This document shows, one piece after another, positions 17,880-28,352 of a stretch of 64,000 nt of DNA. How positions within the stretch are numbered: the stretch's first letter is position 1; the number at the start of each line of letters is the position of its first letter. The stretch comes from Candidatus Saccharimonadota bacterium (GTDB lineage: Bacteria > Patescibacteriota > Saccharimonadia > Saccharimonadales > JACDBH01): NCBI GenBank assembly GCA_028289135.1, contig JAQGGW010000007.1:2300-66299 (forward strand). Reading direction: 5' to 3'. The notes under the pieces are model-generated. The model ran no database searches. It was not told the origin of the DNA and saw only the letters and a list, made by a program, of their open reading frames with translations. The position numbers were made by a program, and so were the translations under genes.

Positions 17880-18920
17880 ATGAGTATGTTGAGTGGGGTA
17901 TCTGACTTCTTTGGACTGGACATTGGTACCACGGCTATTAGAGCCGTACAGCTTAAAGGCAACGGCCCAAATAAAACCCTTGTCAAATACGGGTACGTTC
18001 CAATAGACCCAAAACTAGCCATGAGTGACGCCAAAGCGGATCAACAGAAACTGGTTCAAATAGTGCGTGGGCTCATAGACCAGTCGGGGATTACCATAAA
18101 AGAGGTGGCCGTTGGACTGCCGTCTAACAGGGTATTTACGACAGTGGTTGATATCGACAGGCTCAGTCCAGCTGAACTTGGCAAGACAATAATGTTCCAG
18201 GCTGATTCATTGATTCCAACACCCGTAGCAGAAAGTAAAATTGACTGGGCGCTACTGGGTGATTCACCAAAAGAGCAGGGCAAGGTCGAAGTATTATTGT
18301 CGAGCGTATCAAATGACTATATTGAGGGCAGGCTTGATGCTTTGGAGTCGATTGGACTCAACGTTATTGCTTTTGAACCAGATACCATCGCATTAGCACG
18401 CTCTATGATTGCGCCTGAGACAATGCCTCCAACCATGATCGTCGATATAGGCAATAAAACCACAGATATTATTATTACAATGAACGGCGTGCCGCGGCTT
18501 ACGCGCTCAATTCCAACAGGCAGCGAGGCCGTTGTAAAAAGTGCAATGCAGAACCTGAATATTGATGAAAAGCAGGCCCAGCAGTTTGTATTCAAATTCG
18601 GCTTAGGCAAAGACAAGCTCGAGGGGCAAATCTATAACGCGATTATTGGTACGGTTGAACTGCTTGTAAGCGATATCGACAAGTCGATCAAATTCTTTGT
18701 TAGCCGCTATCCTAACACCCGTATTGACCGGATTATTGTCACGGGCGGAGCATCAACCTTGGCGGAATTCCCACTATATCTTGCGAATAAGTTTGGTATG
18801 AATGTCGAGATTGGCAACGCATGGCGCAACATCGCTTTTCCGGCTGACCGTCAGAACGAACTATTGAGCTTGTCAAATCACTTCGGGGTAGCTGCCGGAC
18901 TAGCCCAGAGGCAAGAGTAA
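17880..18920 (+). CDS. pilM: type IV pilus assembly protein PilM (actin-like ATPase fold)
   Basis: 346 aa. The N-terminus FGLDIGTTAIRAVQLKG and the later GGASTLAEF are typical of PilM/FtsA-like proteins. It is first in the pilMNO-pilBTC cluster. Confidence 0.8.
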   Translation: MSMLSGVSDFFGLDIGTTAIRAVQLKGNGPNKTLVKYGYVPIDPKLAMSDAKADQQKLVQIVRGLIDQSGITIKEVAVGLPSNRVFTTVVDIDRLSPAELGKTIMFQADSLIPTPVAESKIDWALLGDSPKEQGKVEVLLSSVSNDYIEGRLDALESIGLNVIAFEPDTIALARSMIAPETMPPTMIVDIGNKTTDIIITMNGVPRLTRSIPTGSEAVVKSAMQNLNIDEKQAQQFVFKFGLGKDKLEGQIYNAIIGTVELLVSDIDKSIKFFVSRYPNTRIDRIIVTGGASTLAEFPLYLANKFGMNVEIGNAWRNIAFPADRQNELLSLSNHFGVAAGLAQRQE

Positions 18921-19579
18921 TGATTCAGTTTAACTTGCTACCTGACGTTAAAGTAGCCTATATCAAAGCTATAAAAGCTAAGCGTGTTGTTATGGTTGCT
19001 TCCGGGATTGCCGTTGTCATTTCACTTGGAATACTAGCAGCCATGTTCTCGGCTGTAAGTATCCAAAAAAACCACATCAAGGATTTAAACGTGGACATCA
19101 GGAAATATGAGAATGATCTGTCGGGCACCCAGGATCTTGCTAAAATCCTTACTATCCAAAACCAGCTAAAGAGCTTGCCGGCACTATATAGCCAGCGGCC
19201 CGTTACGAGCCGGTTGTATAAATATATCCAAGCAACTACTCCTGCCCAGATCAGTATGAAAAGAATTGACCTTGATTTTGTTGCTGGTACACTCGAAACC
19301 GAAGGAACGGCAGATACACTAGAATCAGTAAACCGCTATGTTGACACGCTCAAGTTTACGACCTATACCACAGACTCAGACAAAACCCCCGTCAACGCCT
19401 TTTCTAGTGTCATACTCAAAACATTTAACCGTGATACCAAAACCGCAAGCTATACAATCGACTTTAATTTTGATCCAGTAATCTTTAATGCAGACCAAAA
19501 AGTTAATCTTATCGTTCCAAGCACTGTTACTACACGCTCCGAAACTGAGCTTCCATTTGACTCGAAAGGAACAAACTAA
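18920..19579 (+). CDS. pilN: PilN-like pilus assembly protein
   Basis: MIQFNLLPDVKV... carries the INLLP signature, followed by a single TM. TAATG coupling to pilM. Confidence 0.7.
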   Translation: MIQFNLLPDVKVAYIKAIKAKRVVMVASGIAVVISLGILAAMFSAVSIQKNHIKDLNVDIRKYENDLSGTQDLAKILTIQNQLKSLPALYSQRPVTSRLYKYIQATTPAQISMKRIDLDFVAGTLETEGTADTLESVNRYVDTLKFTTYTTDSDKTPVNAFSSVILKTFNRDTKTASYTIDFNFDPVIFNADQKVNLIVPSTVTTRSETELPFDSKGTN

Positions 19580-20232
19580 TGGCTATGCCACAAAAAGGAA
19601 AAAGGCTTTTAATAGACAGGACACAAGCTATAATGCTGGGTTTTGTTGTTGGCGCCTCTGTTATTACGATGTTTTCACTTGTAGCAAGTAAGTCATATTT
19701 CACCCAAGCAAATTATCTCAATAAGCTGGCCGGCAAAAAAGAAAAAGCCGTCAAGCAGCTTAAGAGCAATAAGGACGCGGTTAGCAAGCTGGTGGCTTCG
19801 TATAAAGACTTTGCTTCAAAAAACCCAAACCTTATCGGAGGTGCTAATGCCGGGAAGGATGAACGCGATGGCGACAACGGCCGTCTGGTGTTGGATGCGC
19901 TTCCAAGCAAATATGACTTTCCAGCACTCGCAACAAGCCTTGAGAAACTGCTAAACGGCTATACGATAAATACAATAAGCGGTAGCGACGATAGTACCAA
20001 CCAAACAGATACGGCAGCAACACCGGTTGCGATCCCGTTTACGCTTGATGTAACATCCGACTACGCTGGTATCCAAAAGCTGAGCAGCACATTTGAAAAG
20101 TCGATTCGTCCATTCCAGATACTAAGTATTAAACTTAACGGTACAAATGCCATTTTGCAGTCGACAATAACCGCTCAAACGTTTTATCAGCCCGAGAAGA
20201 ATCTAAAAATAGGATCAGAGGTCGTTAAATGA
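19579..20232 (+). CDS. pilO: PilO-like pilus assembly protein
   Basis: 217 aa with an N-terminal TM followed by a coiled-coil segment. It sits after pilN and is translationally coupled (TAATG). Confidence 0.55.
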   Translation: MAMPQKGKRLLIDRTQAIMLGFVVGASVITMFSLVASKSYFTQANYLNKLAGKKEKAVKQLKSNKDAVSKLVASYKDFASKNPNLIGGANAGKDERDGDNGRLVLDALPSKYDFPALATSLEKLLNGYTINTISGSDDSTNQTDTAATPVAIPFTLDVTSDYAGIQKLSSTFEKSIRPFQILSIKLNGTNAILQSTITAQTFYQPEKNLKIGSEVVK

Positions 20233-20477
20233 AACAAAAAGATATAGTTATTATTGGATTCACTATTGTGGTAGCTGGCATATTTTCGTATGTTATCTGC
20301 AATAACTTTTTATTTACTGCGAAAGACCAAAAACAAAATGTAGAAGTTGTAGCACCGATTACTTCTGAATTCCTGCTTCCTGACAAAGCTATATTCAATA
20401 CTGATGCTATTAACCCGACAAAGGTAATCGAAATCGCGCCAAATACCAATAACCAGCCGTTTACGAACGCCGAGTAG
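20229..20477 (+). CDS. small membrane protein of the pilus operon
   Basis: 82 aa with TM IVIIGFTIVVAGIFSYVI. ATGA overlap with pilO. No family recognised. Confidence 0.45.
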   Translation: MKQKDIVIIGFTIVVAGIFSYVICNNFLFTAKDQKQNVEVVAPITSEFLLPDKAIFNTDAINPTKVIEIAPNTNNQPFTNAE

Positions 20478-20494
20478 GGTAAGGGGGTTTTAGC

Positions 20495-22285
20495 ATGAGT
20501 GTACTTTCCGCTTCCATCCAAAAGCAGGTTGAAGACCAGCTTGTTAAGGGCCAACTTGTTGCCGCCGATAAACTCGCCGCCGCTAAGCAAAAAGCAACGT
20601 CATCAAATACGCCGCTGTTTTTGCAGCTCGTTAACGACAAATTAATAGATAACGAGCACCTGACAAAAACCATTGCCCTTGTAACAAAGGTCCCATACGT
20701 AAACCTCAACAATACGATTGTTGACCAAAAAACCCTTGAGTTGCTTTCGCACGACATTGCTGAGCGTTATATGGCGGTGCCTCTGGGCGAAATGCAGAAC
20801 CGGCTTGTAGTAGCCATGTTGGACGCCGATAATGTCCAGGCCGTTGACTTTTTAAGTAACAAAATTGGCCGCCCGCTTAAGGTCTATACTGCCAGTGAAG
20901 AAGGTATCCGCAACGTTTTGCTGCAATACCCTTCTTCTTTGTCAAAAGGCGTTACGGAGTCGCTGGAGCATCAGGCAGAACAAAATGACCAGCCAGGCGA
21001 AGATCCTAAGGACACGTCTAAAGTTAAAAACATCAAGACAATAGTCCAGGACTCGCCAATCTCGAAAGCGCTGTCCACAATTTTGGAATACGCGGCCAAA
21101 AACCGGGCCAGCGATATACACATTGAACCGCTAGAAAAAGAGCTTAAAATCCGCGCCCGGATTGACGGCGTACTTCGTGAAATTATGAAGCTGCCAAAAA
21201 CCACCGAACCGCCACTGGTTAGCCGTATCAAAATCCTTAGCAACCTCAAGATCGACGAACACCGCATCCCTCAGGATGGCCAGTTTACGATTCATGTGGA
21301 CGACAAAGACATTGACCTTCGTATTGCCATCAGCCCGGTTGTTTGGGGCGAACAAGTGGTTATCCGTCTGCTAGACAAGTCCGGAACCAGCTTTAAGCTT
21401 GAAGACATGGGCTACACCGGACGGGCTCTAAGGACTATCCGTGACGGCGTAAAAAATCCAAACGGGATGGTCTTGACCTCTGGTCCAACGGGTTCTGGCA
21501 AGTCCACCAGCCTCTACGCGCTAATCCAGGAAATCAAGAACGAGAGCATTAACATTGTCACGCTCGAAGACCCGGTTGAGTATAAGATGGATGGCATTAA
21601 CCAGATCCAGGTAAATGCCGACGTTGGCCTGACATTCGCGGCCGGCCTCCGTTCTATCTTGCGCCAAGATCCAAACGTGGTGATGGTGGGGGAGATCCGT
21701 GACCCAGAAACTGCCAATTTGGCGGTGCAGGCAGCGCTAACAGGGCACTTGGTGTTTAGTACGCTGCACACCAACTCGGCAGCCGGAATTTTGCCGCGGC
21801 TTCTGGACATGGATATTGAGCCGTTTTTGATTGCCAGCACCGTGCGGGTTGTGATTGGCCAGCGTCTGGTGCGCAAAATTGCCGTCCCTGAGCCGTATCA
21901 GAGCGACAAGATAGAAACGGCAGCCATAAATAAATATATTGGCCATTTGCTGCCCGAAAAAGAGAGTGACATTGCCGCCGTCGCCGAAGATTTAGGCTAT
22001 AAAACCTTGCCTCTTCGTGGCCAAACCGCTTATACTTTGTACAAGGGCAAGGACGCGCCTGACGCGCCCGGTGGCTACAAGGGTAGAATTGGGCTTTATG
22101 AAGTCTTTGAAGTTAAAGAAAACATCCAAGACCTCATTATGAAGCGGGCAACAGCCGGCGAAATTCAAAAAGCAGCCCAGACAAATGGCATGATAACCAT
22201 GCAGCAGGACGGATATTTAAAAGCATTAGCAGGCAAGACCAGCTTGGCCGAAGTTAACAGGGTGGCCGCAGATGACGTTGCATAA
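20495..22285 (+). CDS. pilB: type IV pilus assembly ATPase PilB (GspE family)
   Basis: 596 aa with a GspE-N-like domain (LSHDIAERYMAVPLGEMQNRLVVAMLD), Walker A SGPTGSGKST, a Walker B-type LEDPVEY box, and HLVFSTLHTN. Confidence 0.92.
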   Translation: MSVLSASIQKQVEDQLVKGQLVAADKLAAAKQKATSSNTPLFLQLVNDKLIDNEHLTKTIALVTKVPYVNLNNTIVDQKTLELLSHDIAERYMAVPLGEMQNRLVVAMLDADNVQAVDFLSNKIGRPLKVYTASEEGIRNVLLQYPSSLSKGVTESLEHQAEQNDQPGEDPKDTSKVKNIKTIVQDSPISKALSTILEYAAKNRASDIHIEPLEKELKIRARIDGVLREIMKLPKTTEPPLVSRIKILSNLKIDEHRIPQDGQFTIHVDDKDIDLRIAISPVVWGEQVVIRLLDKSGTSFKLEDMGYTGRALRTIRDGVKNPNGMVLTSGPTGSGKSTSLYALIQEIKNESINIVTLEDPVEYKMDGINQIQVNADVGLTFAAGLRSILRQDPNVVMVGEIRDPETANLAVQAALTGHLVFSTLHTNSAAGILPRLLDMDIEPFLIASTVRVVIGQRLVRKIAVPEPYQSDKIETAAINKYIGHLLPEKESDIAAVAEDLGYKTLPLRGQTAYTLYKGKDAPDAPGGYKGRIGLYEVFEVKENIQDLIMKRATAGEIQKAAQTNGMITMQQDGYLKALAGKTSLAEVNRVAADDVA

Positions 22286-22339
22286 ACAAGAAGGAGTGGG
22301 GATGACAAAATCTAACATACAGATCAGGGGCAAAATCTA

Positions 22340-23410
<1,071 letters not shown>

Positions 23411-23416
23411 GGTAAG

Positions 23417-24640
23417 ATGTTAACTTTTAAGTATGAAGCCCGCGACTCACGTACCGGCCAGCTCATAAAAGCTGAGGTAGAAGCCGATAATGAGCAGTCT
23501 GCCTCAAAACTCATTCGGCAAGAAGGGCTATCCCCGCTACAAATTACTATGAAAGAAGCGGGAAGCAGTAACCCTATTAGCAAGTTCCAGAACCGTGTTA
23601 AAGCAAAGGACAGGATTTTGTTTGCCCGGCAGCTCTCGACGCTTATTAATGCGGGGCTGCCGTTGGTACAAAGTTTGCGTAGTGTTGCCGATCAAACAGT
23701 TTCGAAGCCGCTAAAAGTAGTTATTAATAAAATCATTACCGATATTGAAGCCGGCGGGGCATTCGCAGCTTCCCTCGAAAAGCACCCCAAGGTGTTTAAC
23801 CAGGTGTTCATTAGCCTCGTTTCCGCTGGTGAAGCATCGGGCACGCTCGATAAAGCATTGGAACGGGTTGCACTCCAACAAGAAAAAGACGCCGAAATTT
23901 TAAGCAAAGTCCGCGGCGCGATGGCTTACCCAATCATTGTGTTGATGGTTATGGGCGGTGTGGTGGGCTTTATGATTGTAAAAGTATTGCCGCAGGTAGA
24001 GAGCATTTATAAAGGCATTCCTGGCACCAAACTGCCGTTTATCACCGTAGCGCTGCTGGCAGTTTCGCACTTTATTATCAATTTTTGGTGGGTGGTAATT
24101 ATAATTACAGTTCTGGTGGTTTTTGCTACAACCAAATGGGCGCGGACAGGGCCTGGTAAAGAAATTATTGACAAACTCAAGATGAAGATGTGGCCCGTTG
24201 GCCCGTTGTTTATGAAAATGTATATGGCTCGGTTTGCCCGCACGGGTACAACTCTTGTTTCAAGCGGTGTGCCGCTACTCCAGGTGCTGGACATTACTTC
24301 TAGGGCGGTAAACAATGTTCACATTGGCCGGTCTCTAAACAAGGCTGCCGAAAAGGTAAGGGGCGGTAAAGCGCTCTCGGCCGCAATCGATAAAGACCCT
24401 AACTTTTTGGAATTGGTACCAAACATGCTTAGGATTGGTGAGCAATCTGGCCAGATCGAGCAAATGATGGAAAAAGTTGCCGAATATTACGAAAAAGAAG
24501 TGGACCAGCAGATTAAAACCATCTCTACCATTATTGAACCCGTCATGATGGTATTGCTTGGGGTCGTCGCATTTATCTTGGTTGCGGCAATCTTGCTGCC
24601 AATATATGGTTTAGCCGGACAAACCCAGAATATCCGTTAA
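23417..24640 (+). CDS. pilC: type IV pilus platform protein PilC (GspF family)
   Basis: 407 aa with a duplicated GspF domain (FARQLSTLINAGLPLVQSL ... FARTGTTLVSSGVPLLQVL) and three TM segments. Confidence 0.9.
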   Translation: MLTFKYEARDSRTGQLIKAEVEADNEQSASKLIRQEGLSPLQITMKEAGSSNPISKFQNRVKAKDRILFARQLSTLINAGLPLVQSLRSVADQTVSKPLKVVINKIITDIEAGGAFAASLEKHPKVFNQVFISLVSAGEASGTLDKALERVALQQEKDAEILSKVRGAMAYPIIVLMVMGGVVGFMIVKVLPQVESIYKGIPGTKLPFITVALLAVSHFIINFWWVVIIITVLVVFATTKWARTGPGKEIIDKLKMKMWPVGPLFMKMYMARFARTGTTLVSSGVPLLQVLDITSRAVNNVHIGRSLNKAAEKVRGGKALSAAIDKDPNFLELVPNMLRIGEQSGQIEQMMEKVAEYYEKEVDQQIKTISTIIEPVMMVLLGVVAFILVAAILLPIYGLAGQTQNIR

Positions 24641-24747
24641 AATACTCTCTGAGCGTCTCTGTAAGAAAACGCTTGTGTTTTAAGTGAAGTGCCGTTATTA
24701 TTCATGTATATAAATTAATCATTCTCAATTCGAAAGGGAAACAACAA

Positions 24748-25230
24748 ATGGTGGGCAACTTTAAAAGTAAAAGAGAAGAAGGCTTCACGATTATTGAAGT
24801 CTTGATTGTTTTGGCAATCGCAGGTTTGATTATGTTAATCGTGTTCTTGGCAGTTCCTGCTTTGCAGCGTAACTCTCGTAACACACAACGTAAGAGTGAT
24901 GTTACGGCAATTCTCGGTGCGGCATCAGAATATGTAACTAACAATGGCGGTAAATTACCTGCCGCGACTGGAGCTTTTAATACCGTATTCGTAAACTCGA
25001 ATGTAAATCTTGGCTTTTACCTTCCAGCCAACGTAAAATATAACTATTCGGCAGCCGCACGTGCATCAGCTCCTGCTGTTGCAGCAGGTAACGACGCTGT
25101 TACGGTTTACAACTACCTAAAGTGCAACGGCAATGTTGCGACTATAACTGGAGCATCAGCACGAAGTCTTGCTTCGCTCTACAATGTTGAAGGTTCGGGT
25201 GGTGACACTCCACAGTGCTCAGAGTCATAA
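24748..25230 (+). CDS. pilA: major type IV pilin
   Basis: The leader MVGNFKSKREEG/FTIIEVLIVLAIAGLIML has Gly-1, Phe+1 and Glu+5. A C-terminal Cys pair is present (YLKCNG...TPQCSES). It has its own SD-bearing 5' UTR and its own terminator. Confidence 0.9.
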   Translation: MVGNFKSKREEGFTIIEVLIVLAIAGLIMLIVFLAVPALQRNSRNTQRKSDVTAILGAASEYVTNNGGKLPAATGAFNTVFVNSNVNLGFYLPANVKYNYSAAARASAPAVAAGNDAVTVYNYLKCNGNVATITGASARSLASLYNVEGSGGDTPQCSES

Positions 25231-25242
25231 AATAAAATTATT

Positions 25243-25269
25243 AAAAGAGCCTCATCACGAGGCTCTTTT
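25243..25269 (+). terminator. rho-independent terminator after pilA
   Basis: aaaagagcctc / atcac / gaggctctttt. Confidence 0.8.
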
Positions 25270-25271
25270 AA

Positions 25272-25282
25272 TATGCTAAGAT
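25272..25282 (+). promoter_or_regulatory. extended -10 promoter of pilD (leaderless)
   Basis: tatgctaagat at 25272-25282. The A of the pilD ATG (25290) is 8 nt after the hexamer. Confidence 0.55.
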
Positions 25283-25289
25283 AAGCACA

Positions 25290-26141
25290 ATGATAGTATT
25301 GATCTTAATAGTTCTTGGGTTATGTTTTGGTAGCTTTGTAAACGCCACCGTGTGGCGAATACACGAGCAAAAAGCTTTAAAGCAAAAGCCCAAGCGGGGA
25401 TCAAAGAAACCAGCCTTAACCGCCAAAGAGCTTTCGATCTCAAAAGGTCGTAGTATGTGTACGCATTGCCACCATGTTTTGGCTGCCAAGGATCTCATAC
25501 CGGTGTTGTCTTGGGTAGAGCTTCGGGGCAAATGCCGGTACTGTGGCAAAAGGATCGAAGACACTCCGCTTGCCGAACTGCTGACTCCACTACTGTTTGT
25601 AATTTCTTATCTGTGGTGGCCAACCACATTCACGACCATGCAAACGGTTAATTTTGTTATGTGGTGCGTGGCGCTAGTTGGCTTTGTGGCGCTTATGATC
25701 TATGACATCCGCTGGCTCACGCTGCCAAACCGGATTGTGTACCCGCTAACCGTGCTGGCGGCTGGTGTAGCCATCCTAAACATCACTGTGTTTCATGGCG
25801 GCATGTCGAGCCTTAAGGACATCGGTTTTGCCGTACTTATCGACGCCGGGCTCTTTTACGGCTTGTTTCAGCTATCCAAGGGCAAATGGATTGGAGGCGG
25901 TGACGTAAAGCTCGGATTATTACTTGGTTTGCTTATAGCAGCACCTATACCAGCATTTTTAGTGCTGTTTTTTGCTTCGCTTATTGGGACGGTATTGATT
26001 TTGCCTGGTCTAATAACCAAAAAGGTAACGGCCAAAAGCCACATTCCATTCGGACCGTTTTTAATTATTGCGACAATAATTGTCCGCCTCTTCGGTGCCG
26101 GCATAGTAGCCTGGTACAAAAAGAAATTTTTACTGTATTAA
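25290..26141 (+). CDS. pilD: prepilin peptidase (A24 family) PilD
   Basis: 283 aa with a CxxC...CxxC zinc motif (MCTHCHH...GKCRYCGK), multiple TM segments, and the Asp boxes IYDIRWLTLPN and GGGDVKLG. Confidence 0.88.
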   Translation: MIVLILIVLGLCFGSFVNATVWRIHEQKALKQKPKRGSKKPALTAKELSISKGRSMCTHCHHVLAAKDLIPVLSWVELRGKCRYCGKRIEDTPLAELLTPLLFVISYLWWPTTFTTMQTVNFVMWCVALVGFVALMIYDIRWLTLPNRIVYPLTVLAAGVAILNITVFHGGMSSLKDIGFAVLIDAGLFYGLFQLSKGKWIGGGDVKLGLLLGLLIAAPIPAFLVLFFASLIGTVLILPGLITKKVTAKSHIPFGPFLIIATIIVRLFGAGIVAWYKKKFLLY

Positions 26142-26143
26142 CA

Positions 26144-26172
26144 CCCCACAAGGCAGGCCTTGCGGGGGCCCC
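26144..26172 (+). terminator. GC hairpin (CCCC-N6-CAGG-N6-GGGG-GCCCC), probable U-tract-less terminator of pilD
   Basis: ccccacaagg/cagg/ccttgcgggg starts 3 nt after the pilD stop. Same architecture as 29432-29460, 45276-45304 and 61936-61959(-). Confidence 0.5.
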
Positions 26173-26211
26173 ATGATAAAGTTTATTTTATCCCCTACAT
26201 ATTAATTTGCA

Positions 26212-26265
26212 GGGTTACAGCTCATTCCAATCGTGAAAAAGACCGAGATAAACTCGGATCTTTTT
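26212..26265 (+). ncRNA. candidate small RNA, copy 1 (conserved 5' block plus intrinsic terminator)
   Basis: gggttacagctcattccaatcgtg is followed by the hairpin aaaaagaccgag/ataaa/ctcggatcttttt. The -10-like TATTAA at 26200-26205 ends 6 nt upstream. Confidence 0.3.
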
Positions 26266-26292
26266 CCAGTACTCAGTATCCATGTCTTAAAC

Positions 26293-26346
26293 AAAAAGAT
26301 CCGGCTCCGCCGGTCTTTTTGCAGGAACGAAAGTGGCTGTAACTGG
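26293..26346 (-). ncRNA. candidate small RNA, copy 2
   Basis: The minus strand reads ccagttacagccactttcgttcctgcaaaaagaccggcggagccggatcttttt, a paralogue of copy 1. TATGTTATTCA lies upstream on the minus strand. Confidence 0.3.
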
Positions 26347-26418
26347 AGTGAATAACATACAAATAAAGAAAAATTCCCATAAGGGGCCCCCGCAAAGCCT
26401 GCTTTGTGGGGTACCGGT

Positions 26419-26429
26419 TATGCTATACT
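26419..26429 (+). promoter_or_regulatory. extended -10 promoter of the minor-pilin operon (leaderless)
   Basis: tatgctatact at 26419-26429. ATG 26437 is 8 nt after the hexamer. Confidence 0.55.
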
Positions 26430-26436
26430 AACAGGT

Positions 26437-27240
26437 ATGAAAAGCGCCAAGGCGGTTGGTGTTGCAGGGTACACCATTTTAGAGGTTATGATCGTGCTCG
26501 TGGTAACGGGTGGTTTGTTTGCGAGTGTAGCTGCAATGCTCAGCGGTAAACAAGCTACAACCGAGTTCAACCAAGCAGTCCGTGACTATGAAGCTAAAAT
26601 CCAAGCAACGGCGAGCGATGTAGCTACGGGTTTTTATTCAACAGGAACTTTTAGCTGTAGCGTAAGTGGCCCAGGCCCCGTTACGTTTGCTCCAGCGCCG
26701 GTTAGTTTGCCCGGCACGAACAAAGGCTGTCTGTTTTTAGGCAAAATGTTGGCAACAGGGGCATTATCTACAGATATTTTTACTTTGGCCGGCCGCCAAT
26801 ATAAACCAGATAATATTACAGATATCGAGACTTTAGCGGACGCCTCAGCCCGGGCAGTATACTCTCCAGTAGATATTACAGAACCCTACACCAATAAATT
26901 TAGCATGATGATTAAAAACGTCTATACCATACCTGGCAATGTATCAATTGGCGGTTTTGGATTTATATCCGAGCTAAGCGGAGCAAATGGTGCTGGTAGC
27001 CCAGATACTGGGAGCAGGGGTGTTTTGCTATACGGCCTGACAGGTACCACATCTCCAAATGCCAACAACCGTGCAGCCAATGCTGCGCTTATTAATGCCG
27101 GCGTAACTCCTGAGCCTACGGGTGTAAGGGTGTGCCTTTGGGATGGTGGCAATCACAAAGGAGAAATAACGGTTGGTGATAACGGCAGTCAAACAACCAC
27201 AGAGGTAACGTTTGACAACGGAGTCAGCCCAGTATGTTAA
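26437..27240 (+). CDS. minor (pseudo)pilin, prepilin-type N-terminus
   Basis: Track ORF trimmed to ATG 26437. MKSAKAVGVAG/YTILEVMIVLVVTGGLF is a class III signal with Glu+5. Confidence 0.8.
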   Translation: MKSAKAVGVAGYTILEVMIVLVVTGGLFASVAAMLSGKQATTEFNQAVRDYEAKIQATASDVATGFYSTGTFSCSVSGPGPVTFAPAPVSLPGTNKGCLFLGKMLATGALSTDIFTLAGRQYKPDNITDIETLADASARAVYSPVDITEPYTNKFSMMIKNVYTIPGNVSIGGFGFISELSGANGAGSPDTGSRGVLLYGLTGTTSPNANNRAANAALINAGVTPEPTGVRVCLWDGGNHKGEITVGDNGSQTTTEVTFDNGVSPVC

Positions 27241-27704
27241 GACAGCGTAAATCACTTTTGGAGCGTGGCGACACTATCGTCGAAGTCTTAATTTCCATAG
27301 CCGTTGCGGGCTTGGTTCTTGCCATTACCTACAGCACTATGAACCGTAACCTACTCGTTACACAAGCCAGCCAGGAGCGTACCGAAGCCACCAAAATCGC
27401 ACAGGGCCAGCTAGAACTTATAAAAGCACACAACGATACAGGGGACACTACCATTACAAGTGGTACTTTTTGCCTTGATGCTTCTTCGACGACAGCTATC
27501 CCGGGCTTTACTGGCGGCTCACCTTTGCCCTCACTGCCTGATAACTTCGCAAACTATCCAGCTGGCTGCCGCGGCAAAGGCCTTAACGGCTTTTATAACA
27601 TCGGGATTACAACTAATAGCGGCATTTACAAAGTCTTCGTACGTTGGGACAGCGTTTTGGGCAACGGCCAACAGGACCAAGTCATAATGGTATACGAAAT
27701 ATGA
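27234..27704 (+). CDS. minor pilin, prepilin-type N-terminus
   Basis: MLRQRKSLLERG/DTIVEVLISIAVAGLVLAI has Glu+5. It overlaps the upstream gene by 7 nt. Confidence 0.75.
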   Translation: MLRQRKSLLERGDTIVEVLISIAVAGLVLAITYSTMNRNLLVTQASQERTEATKIAQGQLELIKAHNDTGDTTITSGTFCLDASSTTAIPGFTGGSPLPSLPDNFANYPAGCRGKGLNGFYNIGITTNSGIYKVFVRWDSVLGNGQQDQVIMVYEI

Positions 27705-28345
27705 GATTTTTTAGTAGCAACGGCCAAAAGAATAAAGAACAGGGCTTTACAATCCTTGAGCTGCTTATATCTACCGCGGTATTTTCGGTTGTTTTACTTC
27801 TGTGCGCGACTGCCATTGTCCAGGTAGGCCAGATCTACTATAAGGGAGTTGTAACGAATCGAATTCAGGATACTTCACGCAAAGTTGCGAACGATGTAAT
27901 CGGCGCGATACAGTATGGCGATACTAATTTGCTGCACCAAAAAGTTCCTATCACCGGGGGCTTCGCGGAATGCCTTGGTACTATTCGCTACACCTATTTA
28001 CTTTCTAAATCAGTGGGTACAGGGACTGGGCAATCGGCACATGTGTTATGGAAAGATCGTATTGGGGCGTCTGGTTCTTGCGGGTTAAACCCAGTAAACC
28101 TCAACGCGCCTGTGGGCCAGGGCGAAGAGCTGCTTGGGCCAAATATGCGCGTTAAAGACTTTACGATTAACTCGCTGACTGGCAGCACGTGGCAGGTCAC
28201 TATAACAGTTGCATACGGCGCAACAGATGACGTATTTAACCTTGTAGGTGGTGTCTATGATTATGGCCACTGCATTCCAAGAAACACAGGCGGGCAGTTT
28301 TGTGCAGTGTCATCAATTACCAGTTATGTGACAGAAAGGTTATGA
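27701..28345 (+). CDS. minor pilin, prepilin-type N-terminus
   Basis: ATG 27701 overlaps the upstream stop (ATGA). MRFFSSNGQKNKEQG/FTILELLISTAVFSVVLL. Confidence 0.8.
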   Translation: MRFFSSNGQKNKEQGFTILELLISTAVFSVVLLLCATAIVQVGQIYYKGVVTNRIQDTSRKVANDVIGAIQYGDTNLLHQKVPITGGFAECLGTIRYTYLLSKSVGTGTGQSAHVLWKDRIGASGSCGLNPVNLNAPVGQGEELLGPNMRVKDFTINSLTGSTWQVTITVAYGATDDVFNLVGGVYDYGHCIPRNTGGQFCAVSSITSYVTERL

Positions 28346-28352
28346 TAAAAGT

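Larger units (their letters stand above)
26142..26412. repeat. 270-nt composite palindromic intergenic element (two inverted copies of a ~135-nt unit)
   Basis: Outer arms: accccacaaggcaggccttgcgggggcccc (26142-) matches the reverse complement of ggggcccccgcaaagcctgctttgtggggt (-26412). Inner inverted units lie at 26212-26265 and 26293-26346. A third single unit lies at 61839-61959. Confidence 0.8.

Noticed and set aside
26160-26342. 60-aa ORF inside the pilD to minor-pilin spacer.
   Set aside because: It lies across the palindromic repeat units and terminator hairpins. It has no SD and its sequence is not protein-like.
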